This document shows positions 12,409 through 27,870 of a stretch of 64,000 bases of DNA, in pieces. The notes below the pieces were generated by a model. That model was not told the DNA's origin, searched no databases, and saw nothing but the letters and a program-made list of their open reading frames with translations. Within the stretch, counting starts at the first letter, position 1. The number at the start of each line of letters is the position of its first letter. The translations under genes were made by a program, and so were the position numbers. Source of the DNA: Trichoplax adhaerens (taxonomy: Eukaryota; Animalia; Placozoa); NCBI RefSeq assembly GCF_000150275.1, contig NW_002060945.1:9006011-9070010 (forward strand), written 5' to 3'.

Positions 12409-14632
12409 TCCGGAGCCATAAAATTATTTATTGATTTATTTAACCGAAATCGTCAATATTTAACTTTGTGCTGGATTTATAGACTATTTAGATTATAATT
12501 AAATCGAGTACTTTTAATTTTTCATTAGATTATGCTCATTAGTTTGGCTTTTCCTTCCGTTGAAAATATGGATATGTTTCTATAGTAAAATAAATATTTA
12601 AAAAAGTTGAGCACATTTAAGGATACAATATCTACTCGCTGCTGTCAACTTGATTTTTACCATTTCTATTGATTAAGAGATAATTTATTCCATTGCTTGA
12701 TTACAACTGAAATGAAAGTGTTGATGATTCGTTTACTATCATAGAGAAAGATTTTTGTTGTCGATATAAAAAGTTGGAAAACTTTGTAATAATATGACTA
12801 ATATGTTTCAAATATGATAGAAAATTGTTTATGATGAAAAGTAATATAATATTGTACGAGCTTGCTAGGCATCATGAGTACGGCATAGCTTAAAAATTAT
12901 AACAACAACTATTTGACGATAAGAGAAATTTATCACTGCCATCATCATAATCATATTATCGACGTTACAACCTTTGTTTAGTATAAAATGATCTGAGCTG
13001 CGATCTTATATCAGCTTCTCATTAAATTGCAGTATTTGAATTATAATATTGTAGACATAATTCATACATTCCTAAACTATCCAAATAGTTTATTTAACCT
13101 ACGTAGGTAAAGCTATATTATAAAGTTGAAAAATTCTAAGATTGAAATATCTGTTCCTTGCGATGGTCATAATGATAACTTTACAGAAAATTTGTTCTTG
13201 TTTGATATTAATGCGCGCTGATGTTGATTTTATATCTATCATGAGAAATCACTTTTAACAAAAAAATATTGAATATAACAATCTTACTTAAACTATACTT
13301 ATTTCATGGAATGATTACGTTGACTACTTCCATCCAACTTGTATTATCATAAATAATTTCTATTACAAAAAATATGTGTAAAAATTTACCGATGCATTGT
13401 CATGCATATAGCAGATGCTTTTGCAACACTGCAAAATTTCTCATTGCCATTTAGGCGAGAGAAAGAAATGTTTTCTCTCATTTTAATCATATTTTAATGT
13501 TGGTAAGAATCTTTGGAATTCATGGATAAAGATACAGATTCGATTTTGTAGAAAATTCATGCAAATGCCGCTGAATAAGTTTGAAAGAGTTGTTCTTATA
13601 GTCTGTTAAGTTCTTTTGCCTTTGATTAAGATTACTACAGTATTAACTTTCAATTTCGTATAATAAATTAAACCTGTTTGAATAATTGTGATTTGCGTTA
13701 ATATCGTTCTTATCATTGATGTCTAAATAATTGCTATAACAGGTATTCCCTTCTAAACTACGATACTTATTTACATAGTAATAGCATACCATGGCGCTAG
13801 CATCCGCTACCGTAATATTTCTATAAAATATTTTTTAAATTGTATCAAAGGAGTACGTTTGATCTTAAATTTATTTTACACGTGATAACCATTATTAAAT
13901 GCACGGGTAATGAGCTTTTGCGTAAAAGTAGTTAATAGTCCTTATGTATATCTAGATAATCGCTAACTTTAATTTGTTATTAACTAAGCTATGCTTAGTT
14001 ACTGATGATGTTTGCAGTATTGACCACTAGCTAATTTTCATACAATGATATTAGTAGCTCGATAGATTAATGCCTACCTGCGTGCAATTGATAAGGATAT
14101 ACCGGTACTTCTTATGGTAGATATATTTTACGGTAGTTTGACTTGTAATAGATAAAAGCTCAAGATAGATAACTATAACAGAAGTTGTAGATATTAAAGA
14201 CAGACCAGTTAGAAACTCATAGGGTATTTATTTGGAAATGCTTAAATTAGAACAGTTTGATGGATAAAATATGGCAATAGAATGATGATATTAAATTTTG
14301 AGTAAAGAGTATTATTATTGTACTTCTTTTATCACAAAATTAACTGAAAATGTTAGAATTTGAAATCATCATATAAGGATCATAAAGGAATATTAAGTAT
14401 AATATGATACTGATTAGAAATACTGCAAATAAAAATTTGTAAGTTATTTTGTATTAGTTTATACCGCATAAATTTTTATAAGGTAGTAAAGTATCCTTAG
14501 CTGTTTATTCCTTCATCGTGAATTTATTAAGTTAAAAGCAATGACCTATCGTAAAAAATTGAATTAGATTTATTGGTAGCGCGNGTTCCAAGTAGAGCTG
14601 AAGTTAGTGAAGATTCTGCTATAGCAGCTTGG

Positions 14633-14682
14633 NNNNNNNNNNNNNNNNNNNNNNNNNNNNNNNNNNNNNNNNNNNNNNNNNN
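14633..14682. other. Assembly gap (50 N)
   Basis: Run of N; a single ambiguous base at 14584 indicates a low-quality contig end. Confidence 0.99.
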
Positions 14683-17471
14683 TATAGCATTTCTTTAGCG
14701 TTAGCTATCAGATACCCGTGATGGTAAATACAAAATTGAACCAACTCTATTTTTATGAATATTACTAAACTGTCGCGATAGAATTCCTGACTTTAATTAA
14801 AAAATAAAATTCTTTCATCGATCCCATGATCCCATTATCGTGCTAAAAATGTGTTCAAAATTTTACTTAGTCATGATTTATGAAAGACATATTTATAAAG
14901 ACTCCATTTCTAACAACTCCGCATTTCTACTGTAGAAATGTTGCAGATTCCGATTCTTTTGCGTTAGAAAAGAATAATAGCTAGCTAAATTAAAAATGAT
15001 GGAAAGCAATAATGTTGTACGCAATAATTTCATATGATCATTTTAACAAGAGTCAAACTTGTTTACGAGTAGAAGCAGGTGCTGAAGAAATTCCATTAAT
15101 ATTGCACTAGATTATTGTCTAATAGGATGTCACTTTTAATACACAACTATTGTATTGGATAGCGTTCTAGCATTACATAATAAAAGTCACGCTTATATTG
15201 CTAATTTAAGCGTGAAAGATGATCCCATAGTGATGTCCAGCTGTCTATTGATCTTTTAAATTATTTCCGTATATAATTTTATGTATTTTATAATATTGCT
15301 TTCTATTGACTTTATTAGATACTATTGCAAATGAGAAATTGCAATCCTACTTTAATAAAAAGGATTATACTGTATTAATAGTCTACTTTTTATTCCAAAC
15401 AGAGAAAGTCTCGATTCAAATTGCTCAGGTTAATTTTTTATAATAGCATAGTCTTAAAAAATAAAATAGACGTTTTTAATGGAAATAGATTGCAATTTTT
15501 GTTTTTTGGGATTATTTCCATTAATGAATGTATTTTGGTAGCCATATTTAAAACGGAAATTTGCTGTTTTAAATTGAATTAAAATAATAAGCTATCTCTT
15601 TCTTTTTCTATGCTGGCAAGATGTAAAAAATTTACTATATCGTCAACTGCCGTAATAGATAAATGTTGACTGTACAATATCCTTCATTTATTTTACTTAG
15701 GTAATTTCTACTCAAATATCTTTACTTCGTTACTTTTTACTGCATTAATAAACAACTAAATCGATATGTTACTTCATCATTGTAGCTACATTTATTAATA
15801 ATTGAGTTCAGAATAATCATACAATGGAATAATGAACGTATAATAGAGAAGTACCTTTTACGAGTCATATTTTAAATATTTTTTATATATGTTCAGTATG
15901 ATTATATCGATATATACACATCTGGCATAGAGGATCTATTCAATAGCCATTAACAATAGAGGTTATAGAATAACAAATTAGCTATATTCATTCGGGTAGC
16001 ATTCATATGTTTACCTACTAAAAATTTTAAAGAATTAATAAATAAACTGGGCTAGAATTGATTTTCTTTCAATACGTGGTAATCGCTATGTCTAATAGAA
16101 TCAATAAAGATATAGCAAACTAACCATATCTATTAAAGTAATAATCATATACTGTAATTACTTGGTAAATTTTAAAGGATTAAAATAGAAAATGAGGTGT
16201 AATTAATTTTCTCAATATAAGGTAGCGCTGTATAAAATAGATACTGTCAAATAGACTCCAGATTAAAATAGAGTAGATTTAACACGAATTAACTATAAAA
16301 TAGTCGGCATAAAGTTATTAAGATAATAATCAGTAAGCTTTAATTAATTCGAAATCGAGAAATTGCGAGAATTTTATATTGATACCAGAATTCTTCTGGT
16401 CATCCTAGCAGTAGTGATCAATAAATTGTTAGTTTTATCAAGGAATATCCTTTCTAGCATATCCTATCATGACTAGAAGCAAAACAAGAATAGGTTGATT
16501 ACATTGATGAAGAATAACGGGGGAAATTTAATATTTTTAATAGGTGATAGAGGAAATGAGCTACGGAAACATCTGTGCTTATTATACGAGATAAGAAAAG
16601 AACAGCAAACCTAATAAACAGGAAATAAATAATAGAAAGAACAAGTTATACAGAAATAACTCGAACATATAAATTCAAGAACAGAAAAATACTTGATAAG
16701 TATATCGAAATCAAATTATACTGATGGTTGATAGATAAATCGTTAGGAAATGATTTCTTTTCTTTTCATATACGGCTTTCTTCGTTCACATAATCAAATC
16801 GTAATATGCACCAATAAGTCAATCCATAATTAACCGATATTAATTAAAATAATCGAAATGGCTACTAAATATTACAGTACGACCTATAAAGTAGATGGTT
16901 GAATTATTACAATAAAATATTAGAACTTCTAATCATCATTTATGCTAGTAGATTGTACATTCATAAAAGTTTAGTTGTTAGGCAAAAGAAATATAAGATC
17001 CTGTTATTTATCAAGTAAGCTAGCGACGGTTTAAGGAACTGTTGAATAGGATGCAATTATAACTATACATGTTATTTAATTTAACAAATTATTGCGTATT
17101 CTTTGATTAGTATCTCGAACTACTTATCAGGATTAATTTCGCATGAAAACTGTAAATTTTTTCTAAAATTTTAACGGCAAAAACGATATAGACTTCTTCT
17201 GATGCATTAACGGTTAAATAAGGAACTCTATTTATTTAAAAAAAATAAGTCATTTTTATATCTTTTATCTATATTTGCGAGTAGCCGCATACTAATAAAC
17301 AATATGGCAGTCGCGTATTCTTAGACCTAATTTTGTACCTAATTTTGTATCACTTTATGCTTTTGTCACGGTACGAACTACTGTGAAGAAATAGCTACCT
17401 AAATTTGGTGAATATAATATAGTGATAATACAACTAGTTACTTACAATAGGAATTACTCTAATTATAAATG

Positions 17472-17794
17472 TGTTACAGTAAATTTAATGCTGTGCTGTA
17501 ATGTGCATTGAAATGATTCTGTGAATGGACATGTTGTAGTCCGAATGTGAAAAATTAGTTAGGAGATGTTCTCACCGAAGTATTTTTATAAGATGACTCA
17601 TGAATTTTAGCTGCTGTAGAAGGGTATATAAGCCTGTCAGATAGTTGAATAAAGTAGTTCTCAATTGTCTAGTTGAGTTTAACGTAGAATCAAAGGCGTC
17701 TAAATTCTTGTGAGTAGGGATACTGAATCCGCAGATTTTTAGAGATTTAGAGATTTATTTTACGTTATCCTTGTCACGAAGCTGGTTTGTGACA
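17472..17794 (+). mobile_element. Shorter, diverged LTR related to the 633-bp solo LTR family
   Basis: Starts TGTTACAGT and ends GCTGGTTTGTGACA. Shares collinear blocks with the 633-bp LTR: ATGACTCATGAA, GTATATAA, AATAAAG, GTTTAACGTA.AAT...AGGCGT.TAA, CGTTATC. No TSD (flanks AAATG / GCTTT). Confidence 0.7.
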
Positions 17795-20700
17795 GCTTTA
17801 TTTTAAAATACGTTAATGTACTTATATAACATGAGGTAGTCATGATCAAAAACGATCTGGCCTTTGAGCTATCTTATAAATTAGGTATCTAACTAATTAA
17901 AAATAAAATAAAATAAAATAGGTATCTTAGATAATCTTAACATAAATGAATGATTCCCAAGCAATAAAAGAAATTCGTTTTCTGTTACCCATGGTTTTAC
18001 ATATGACTGAAAATAAAAAAGCACATTTTAGTGATTCCGTTATTTACAAGAGTAGAAACAAGCTTGGAGAAATATAAAGCCAGATAAAATTGTCCCTTCA
18101 TAGACAATAAACGAATTAAAGCCAAGGATTTTAATCTTATACTGCCTTTGTCAATGACTTGATTTATGCTCATTCAGGTTGGCGATGAATGGAAAACCAT
18201 CCTACGTGTATCATAAATTCAGCCGTGAGACTATGATTCTGAATAGAATAATGTACAGAGATCTCTTTTTACTGTATTAAGGGTTTCGATGACTTCGCTA
18301 TTAAGGTATCAAAAATTTTTCTGCCTTGTTTTACTCAGAGTGTTAATTTGATAAATAAGCTATTGAATGCTACTTGTGTTCTTGCTAATCTAAATATACA
18401 GTATTACCTATATATATTTTCGAAATTTTATCTTATAATTAAGTTAGCTGACAAGTCTGAACAAGCGAATGGTTGGCAATATGGATTTATAATTAAATGC
18501 ACAAGAAAGTAATTTTGACTTCGTGCTTTATAAAATCTGACGAGCTAACCATGATGAGCACATTCGTAAAGCAAAATAATAGAGCGAATAATCTTAAAAG
18601 AATCTTCGATTTTTGTCAGTAATATGAAGGAAATATTTGATATTAGCTGATTTGATGGTATTGTTATTCTCATGAGGTAGCGGCAGGTAGAATTAATCCT
18701 GTAACTCATTGCAAGGTTTCAAAGTAATATTATTAATCAGGGCTCGAGAATCTATGAAAAATAGTATATAATGCGGAATACTGTGTAATAGAAAAATAGT
18801 TCTTAAAATTAGTGTTTAATATAAAATAAGCCTAAGTCTAGATGTTACTAACTAGGAGAGGAAAAGTGTTCCCAATAGCGTAGATATTGTCTCTGATACA
18901 TGATTCACGAACTCGACTTGTTGATCGTAAATTATGCTATTCTATTGTATAGCCGTATCATAATGAGGAAATAGAATTAAAGTTGTTCTACTTTGTCATT
19001 TAACTGTAAAAGTTTAGTTTCCATCCCGATCTTATTTAGTCCGGATTTGAACATTCATTCTTAAAAAAATTTTCTATCAATTTCCTAAGGCGTAGTTAAA
19101 CTAGCTATGGCTACTTTATAACATGAAATTTTATTACAGTGCGTAGTAAAACTCATAAATGATTGCTATAATGAATAAAATTAGCATACTAAATTGTTCT
19201 TTCTGGCGTTAAGGTTAATATAAGTCCTATATAGATACCGGTAATTATGTAGTATTTTTGAACTCTTTTAGCTATATTCGCTAACGAGTCTCTTATATTG
19301 TCTATGGCTATCAGATTACGTCAGAATATAAAATATCTAAATTAACAGTTATATATTAGTAAATAAATCGCAGTATTAAAAGAGATTATATATTATATGA
19401 TGTGAATGAGTCTATTGCAGGTCCAATTTCGATATACTAATAGCTGTGATATTTAGTAAACGACGTGAGTTGGTTACGGCAGCTTGCTAATAAACAAAAC
19501 TTGTATGCTTAGCTGTCCTTTCTGACTGAGTATGGAGTAATAAAATCGATTAAAGGCGCGTATCTGTTTATATTCGGTCGTCAATATACGTGAACTATTT
19601 TCTGCTATCGTTCCATGTTAGTGTATTATTTCCAATTATGAGACATTAAAGTAACTATTTTTATTCGTAAGTCGAATCCAGTCAGAATTAAGGGCAAGAC
19701 TAGATGCTTATATTAGTGGGAAGAATCCGATATGGATACATTTTTTGCAACTAGTGATGAATTTGGTTTACGGGAAATATTATTTAGCGTTTCCTTGCGC
19801 TCTTAACGAAATATCGCAGGATAATTTTTTAATTTGTCAATATCGATAAAATAAAGGGATTGCCTGGAGGATGTTGTATATTTCGTCCTCAATTAGAGGC
19901 GTATTGATGTAAATGATTAGAAATAAAGTAATAATTATTCGCTAGATTAAAATTCATCATTATTAATTATATATAATCGTCTTTCAAGAGGTTATTTGGT
20001 TTCTGTGCTTTATATCTAGTTGCCTTAGTATTTTGATGACGTATTACTGTTCCACGTTGAGATAGCGATTTAATAGTAGCTCACTTGCTTTACAGTAAGA
20101 CTAGAATCTAGTTCCAGGTCATATGTATATTACCTTAATATTGAATATTCAGTTTAGCTGCTTGATTCTATTTTCTAAATATTACAATTACATAGTAGTG
20201 AATCAACATAATGTCGGTATAATTAATAATTAACAACGTCGATTATCTTGTTGACAACAAAGTCTTGGCGCAATACAACATCCAATTTGTTCAATACAAT
20301 CATTAACAGCTGCTGTTCTTGTAAAATAAAATTTAAATCAATAATAACTTTATAATTCTAAATAGATTACTTGAGGTTAATACTTTTTCGATCTGTTCGT
20401 GGATAAATTGTTAATAATTCAATCTAATCTATTCTTTCGTGATCGTGTAGTGTAATTACTCTACAAGTTAAATGAAGAATAGAATTAGATTGATTGATAG
20501 ATTAGTTATTTTAATGAATAATTGTAGACAATAACAACCTAAATAATTGAGATAAAATAATTTTAAAGCTATTATTCATCGTCAATGATTATTTCTTTTT
20601 CTGTATCAGCACAGTTGTCATCAATTTGCCTGTTCTCGTTTAAGATAAATAGATTTATACAACTAGAATTAGATAAAATACCTGTATGCTTACTTTTAAG

Positions 20701-23700
20701 GCTGAAAGATCAATTTTTAGAATGCCTTAACTCCAAATCATACCAGACCATATTAAAATGAAATTTGTATAAAAATATCTTTGTTTTAATAGTTGAAAGG
20801 GTCATCTTAACTGTATCACGGATCAAAAATGAGATAGGAATAAACGGAAATCCGATAAAATAGCTAGGCTTCTATTATTGTCTATGAACATCTATCATTA
20901 TTATCAAATAGAATGACTAGCATGCGGCAATTATCATCCTACTTTAAAGCTATACTATCGATTCTTACAATTTACAAATTGCATATTAAGATTTATATGT
21001 CAAATAAAATTCTTTTTACAAAAAATATCTCGATTAAAATAATTAAAAGGTCATGATAAACTATATCATGGACAAGATAAGAGGTAGAATGGACAATTCG
21101 TCTACTGCAAGTACCTTTATTGATCAAATAAATTTGCGTAGGACACTCAATTTATTATCAATTATGAAGGAAATTGAGATTGGAATGTAGATGAACAATA
21201 AGATTTTCTTGCAGGTGCTATAAGTTAACATAGTAATGATTCTGTCTTGAAATTATTCAATGGTTATTTCAACAAGGGTTATATTGAACAATTGGGTTTT
21301 GGCCGTTTGTTTGTCTAAGAATCACTATCAATATTTTATTAATATCAATGAAAATGGAAGAGCGGTAGTTTTTATCTCTACAGCTATCTAAATCATGAAT
21401 ATAATAATTATTAATAACAGTCAGCTGGAAAAGAATATAATACACTTTCATCATAGGCTATTATAAGCAAGCAATAGCCTCACAGCTGGCCGGATCAGCA
21501 CTTGCAGGAGTAACGTATTATCTGGCTATTTTTCCTGTATCTACGTTTCCTGTTTTTCATCTGATGATACCGTTATTTTCTGACCATATTCATACCATAT
21601 CATGCTAAAATACCTTATTATCACTAAAATTGGCCTAGAAGTTGATATTTACTTTTCTACTCAATTAAATCAATGATATTAAACTAAGAATTGAAAATTA
21701 ACTGACTAAAAGTATCAAAATAGAAGCCCTGTATTGTTTAAACTTTCAATTTTTTATCATGCTCGTTTTCTATCTTTTACGACTAGGACCTCTCAGTCGA
21801 TACTAAGGAAAAAGCCACATAGGAAATCAGCAATCATCGCCAACTTCTGATGCAATTGATTAATTCTAAATTGCTTATTAGCTCAGCATTCATTTTATCG
21901 GTCATTTTTAAACGATTTTGTCGCGCCATTAAATCTTGAATTCCAAGTAAAAATACCGATTTAAATTTATAATTTATGGATATATAGGCTATAGTTTGTG
22001 ATAGTTCGATTCAATTGGAGGTTAATCTAATGCTATTTCTATATTTTAGATCCCTCGATTTTGGAATATACGAAAGTTTTATGTAGCACTTCTTTGACTC
22101 TTTGTAACTACCATAATGTGTATTAGCTGATAAATTGGCGTATGTTATTCTTATTCTAGATCATAAGATACTAACATCATGGAAAGGAGACTGAGAGGTC
22201 AAGATATAAATACTATCCAGCTGTTCCAGCTGTCATTTTTTAACAATTTTATCACGCTATCCGATTTTGAATTTGTAAAGTGAAAGTATCTCTATTAGAA
22301 GTAAATTTTAATTCACTACACTTAGATCATAACTTGTAATCTTCAGGCTCAATTTAAGATTAAATGATGGAATCTCTCACATTTGAAATTCACAAAAGCA
22401 TTATACTGTACACTAATAAGATAGGTCGTGAAAGCAACTTTCTTCATATAATTAAAGATATTTTTACACTACGTAAATAATTGCAAGCTAAAAATATTGA
22501 TATCTACTTATTCATCGAAAGAAGATAGTTAGGTCATGATAGGGATACTTCCTTCTTGGAAATAGATTTCTGCGCCTTCGGAATAGTTGCAACCTAGAAT
22601 ACTCGTGCATCAATTTATCGAAAAACTAGGTATTACCGTCAAAGCAAAAACAATTTTTTTTTTCTCAAAATATATTTCTGTATATTTTCAATAGTTTGAG
22701 CTTAAGAACTCATATGTAGAGTTAGTAAATCGATACATTAGCCATTTTTGCTTCCATCAGAATTCATTGATGCTTGCTAAAAAAAGCCCAATTGCTTTAA
22801 GGTTGATTTTCTGATATTCTTCTTATTCTTTAGCTGGAATTTAACCTTGAAGCATGTAATTATTTGGCTACAGATTAGATATCCTTTTTTTGAATTAATT
22901 ATGGAGATAATAAAATTTGATTGTAATCATTCTCCTATAGAAAACTTAAACCAGCTGAAATCCTTCTTTCTACTATGATTATCACGCATAGCGTTACTTA
23001 ATTATCATTCGGATCAAGGGTCGCGCATTAATATAGCTCTAGTGTAATAACGTTTAAACTCTATTTCAATGATTAATTAAGGCATTTTAGTTTTATACTG
23101 TCCCCATGCTCATCTCATCTTATACTAGGGTCGTATACGTAATTTTATGATGGAGAAAAATTTATATTTCTAGATATTACCCAAATTCGATAATTAATAT
23201 CCAATTGATAATCTTGGCAAGGGAATGTATGCAATTACTGCCAATCATCAATCCTATACGACAGCATTCTTTTATCATGACAAGATGAAATAAATTCAAT
23301 TTAAACAGGTGAAAAAAGAATCTGAATTATCTACAGTATATCCAAACCATAATGTTACTAACACAGTAATAATTATTGTTGATAAAAATCGTTCGATTTA
23401 GAATAAGATCCAAGATGAATGGTATTATAATTTAAAATAAGAATTTATCCATTTTTCTGTAGGCTCCAAAGACTATAAAATTGAAATTGACGGGCTATGA
23501 TTTCTTGTTTCATTTTTTTATGACAGAGTAAATTGAGCTAATTTTATTTAGATGAGTAAATAAATGTCTGTCAAGGATGTCATCATGATGTCTGGATAAC
23601 TTTAGGTACATCAATCATCTGGTCTAATTGTCTTTACTTAAAAGGAGTTACAAGACAGACAGGTTTCCGTCGATAATTTAGATTGGAAATCAAGAAAAAC

Positions 23701-26700
23701 TTAAAAGTTAGTGTTAAGTCAGACAAGCAGCTTGATCAATAGCAGAGAGATATCGGTATAGCTACCCCAATAAAAATTATTAACCATCATAGTTATAAAC
23801 GTAGCCAGTAAATCATAATTATTATCATTAGGAAGCAGGAGATACACATGTAGATTATTGAAAAGATATTATGAGAATCTGGTATTTTGTACATCTACCG
23901 GACTGCATAATATTGTTAATTGAGTTTATATGAAGTAATTCAAGATTTTTATATGATTAGAATAGGCTTTGCTTTATTTGCTTTACTTAACTAGTGTCGC
24001 ATTACTATAGCTTCAAAATAGGAAGAAACCGGGAATTTACTAGGGAGTCATGGAAATAAACTGAAATTAGCTCTGAATTTGGTTCAATTTTAGAAAAAAA
24101 TTAATATTTCCATTTTTGGCTTAGCCATATCGTGAAACGGAGTTTAATAATGAAAATTGCATGCTACAGTTCACGTACTTACAAATTAAATGGTGATATC
24201 CTTGCAAAGGATTTTTTAACTGAATATTAACTACCATTGATAGTCATTCTTTAATCTTTATTGGCACTATTGTCCTGCCTTGCTACTAAATAAATTGACA
24301 AACAATCCGTGCCATGCAATTTGTTATTTCTTTCTTTACTCACAGACCAAGTAACGTAGTAATAAGGCAGTAGATGATTTTTAACCAAATATTAGCTACT
24401 GATTAATGTCTATTCCTGAATATTTATTTAATTTATAATAGAGCATCTGTTCTTAAATGGGCAGATAATCGATCAATAGTGTTCTTAGTAAGATCGCCTT
24501 GCTATGACTATGGGATTGAGAGGAAATCGCACTTAACAATCGCAATTTTTATGTATCTTTTCCTATCGTTTTCATCAAAATAAAGCATTCATACGGCTGA
24601 ATTCATGCCTATCATCGGTGGCTAATTCTGCAATATTGTATTACCTACTGTGTCCAATATCAACTAATTCCAAGTAGAACGACTAGAATGTTTGGGATAG
24701 TTTAAGTCTAATTGTAATCATATTGATTAAATAATATTAGCATAGCTTTGCCTTTCAATGGACTGACTTTTGTGCTATAATTTTAATTGATACAAATTTT
24801 GCTTGGGGTTGCTATAGCATTAAATGAAATCTTGGGATATTTGAAATTTTTAAACTCCCATTCTACGATGTTTATTAAGATGTAAAGAAATGATTACTTA
24901 AGTATCGGCTAAAAAATATCTAACATTTACCATTATGAATAGGGATAATATTGATAATGAATATAACTTTTTGGAATAGTCGTAAAATATTGATATTTGG
25001 ATTATAGATAAGCTTAAGAAATACGGAAAACAGGAAAACTTAAGGGGAAAGATTATCTTGAATTGTTATAAATATCTCAGAAAATTGATTGACATGAATG
25101 GAACGAAATAACTGCTGGCAGTAGAAATTGCTAAGGGACTTTGATAATTATAGAATAGACTATTGCTACTGTATAATAGACGTTTCATGGAACGAATAGT
25201 TTCTAGTATTCAATCCGCTCGCTAAAGTAATCAAAATAAAATCAATTAGCAATAGAAAGAACTTCTCATCAAAATCTATGTTATAATTTTCTAAGATTTT
25301 CATTGAAGAAGATCCTCCCATTTAATTGATGGAAATCAAGTAATTTAAGTTATTCTATATCTTCGCTGTGTAAGTTGTCGCCTAATATAATAAATAATCT
25401 GCCTAGCTAAAGTAATCGCTTACATATTTACTCTGACCTAAACTACTTCTAAGCATGCGAATAACATAGTCTATTCATTTATGAATTATTTCTTTCCGCT
25501 TTTAGTTTCAAAACATGATTACATGATATTTAATAAGTCATTATCACGTAAAGTGTACATACTATATATAGACATTTAGCTTCGTATAAATTTCGTAATG
25601 TGAAAAGGCAAACATAAACCTTTGTAAAATTTTAATATAACTGTACCAAAATAGTGGTAGTGCCTGTCAATTGGAGCAAATTGGTTAATTCTACTAATAT
25701 AAGTGCTACAATTATACTACCTTATAGACAGAATTCGTGGAAGAGCTAAAGAATTCGCGATGATTCTCAGATAACTTGCGTAATCAATATTCGATTGTTT
25801 TTACTTTTGATACTCGGTAGACATATTACTGTATATGAATTTTGCAATATCGATATAGCAAGCCTAAATTTTTACAATATTAATAACAAATAATACTCAG
25901 GTAAAATCATGTTGGCACTTGTCTGTATACTATGAGAATCCTGCTTGATTCATTTTATGCACTTTTGTATGCATTCTATTCGGTAATATCTAATTGTAAT
26001 TTTGAGTATTACTATCAAAAAAATATTTTAAAAATTGATAGACTTAGTAAGTAACATAATTTTATAAGAAAAATAAGTCAATACCAGTGTTATCATTACT
26101 ATTATGTTGTACTTACAATGTGTAAGTTAAGGATTGAACTACACAATATTTATCACAGTTGAAGAAAGTTTAAAATTCAACATAATATTGATCAATAGTC
26201 GAATATCTTTTCGATTAGATTAATCTTGACGAAGATGCTAGATTAGATATACCTGAAAACAGTTTATATTTATGGAATAAATTTCTAGTATGGTTATTGT
26301 TCGGTTAAAGCAGTAATTATTATCAATATTTCAAATTTCGTCAATCCGGTTAATTATGTGGTTGAAATGATATGGATCAATAAAATAATCCAATATATCT
26401 GTAATTATTTACTGCTATAGCAATATTCGTTTGAGAGGTCAAAAAATTGTAATGAATTTAATTAGCCTAAAATAAAAATATCGCCGATATAATATATCTT
26501 CTGTATAATAGCGAAAATGATTAACTAATTAATACGTTTACCAAATTTTTATGTAATTTATCAAATTCTGTAACAATCTTTTCAAGTTAGGAGCAGCAGC
26601 TTGATATAACCAAGAAAGTAACGAATCAGCTTCAGCAATTACATAAATGTCGTCACCACTGTGATGAGCATCACTACTTCAAATCTGTAGAAAGAGTTGA

Positions 26701-27870
26701 ACTATAGATTATCTACTTAGTCGATGGTAAATCTCATAGCAATTCTCTACAACGTCTTTTGCGGCTGTAGTGGTCGCTATTAATCGTTTAATAACAAATT
26801 ACTATTTCATGTAAAGTAATAGTAATAATCGAGCTAATCAATTATTTTGATGAATTATTCAATGATTTAACAGTTATTTTAGAGTGCATGTTTAAAATAG
26901 TAGTCAGTCAATCTAGCCATAGTGAATTTTACTGTTGATGAATTATTAGAACAAACCGAGGAAGTGTAAGATACCCTTGCTACTGTTTCTTAACAATGAC
27001 AATTTAAGTAGCTTTTACGTATGATATGTTTTATATCCTATTCTCGCTGTATGATCTATCGGTCGTAAAGTAAAGGTTAATCAAATAACGTACTGAAGGC
27101 CAATGCGATTGATTTCTCATTTTTAGCAAAGGCACTCAAGATCTGAAGGTTTCCGTATATTGTATCGTGATGGTAAAATAATCAGCTAAATAGTACATTA
27201 ATGGCGCTTTTAATTTACTTACAAGATATAATAAAATACCATATTACATAAAATTCTCGCTTTTGGTATGTTATGGTAATTTTGCAAGACTTGTTTTATC
27301 CTGCCGTAGGTCTACTCGTAACATAAATTCAAAGGTTAACTTAAAATTCTATTTAGCTCACGTCTATTGCAATCTGCAAATCGTAAAAAAGTATAGTGTA
27401 CTATTATATATAATGATCCCTAGTTATTTAGTGTATTTATAATGACGTATTATTTTCCTGTAGTAGGTTTACCAATAATGTATTGAATGCTTAATTCAAT
27501 CTTGCCTTAGCTTTTTCCAATTTAAGAAATAACTTCCGTTAATGACGTAGATCATTGAATCTTTGTTAAGCTCAAGTGATCAGCCAAACAAAGATGGACT
27601 TCGACGGAACTAAATTAAAATTTTCTGAGGATATTTCCATCTCAAGAGTTGGTATCACGATCGCACTCTAATATAGTAGCCTTGGTGTAGAGTAAACATA
27701 GACCGCAGTTAAGAAAACGAAATAGTTGTGTTTATTCACGAAAAAAGTTTTCGCAATCAACGCTTAGTTCAAATACGTTGCAATCAAAATTGTAAGGTTC
27801 ACCTTAATCGATGTTAACTTGGTCATAATATTAAAAACTCTCCTCGTCATATTTATTTAACGTAATCAAG

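Noticed and set aside
17950-18330. Reverse-transcriptase-like words (GDEWKT; AFVNDLIY) downstream of the diverged LTR
   Set aside because: The motifs are in different frames, with wrong order and spacing and many stops, and there is no PBS after the LTR; not supportable without tBLASTn.
21787-22300. 12-bp inverted repeat GACCTCTCAGTC (21787/22189) with a weak nearby direct duplication; possible MITE
   Set aside because: No TSD, too short and degenerate, and no second copy in the window.
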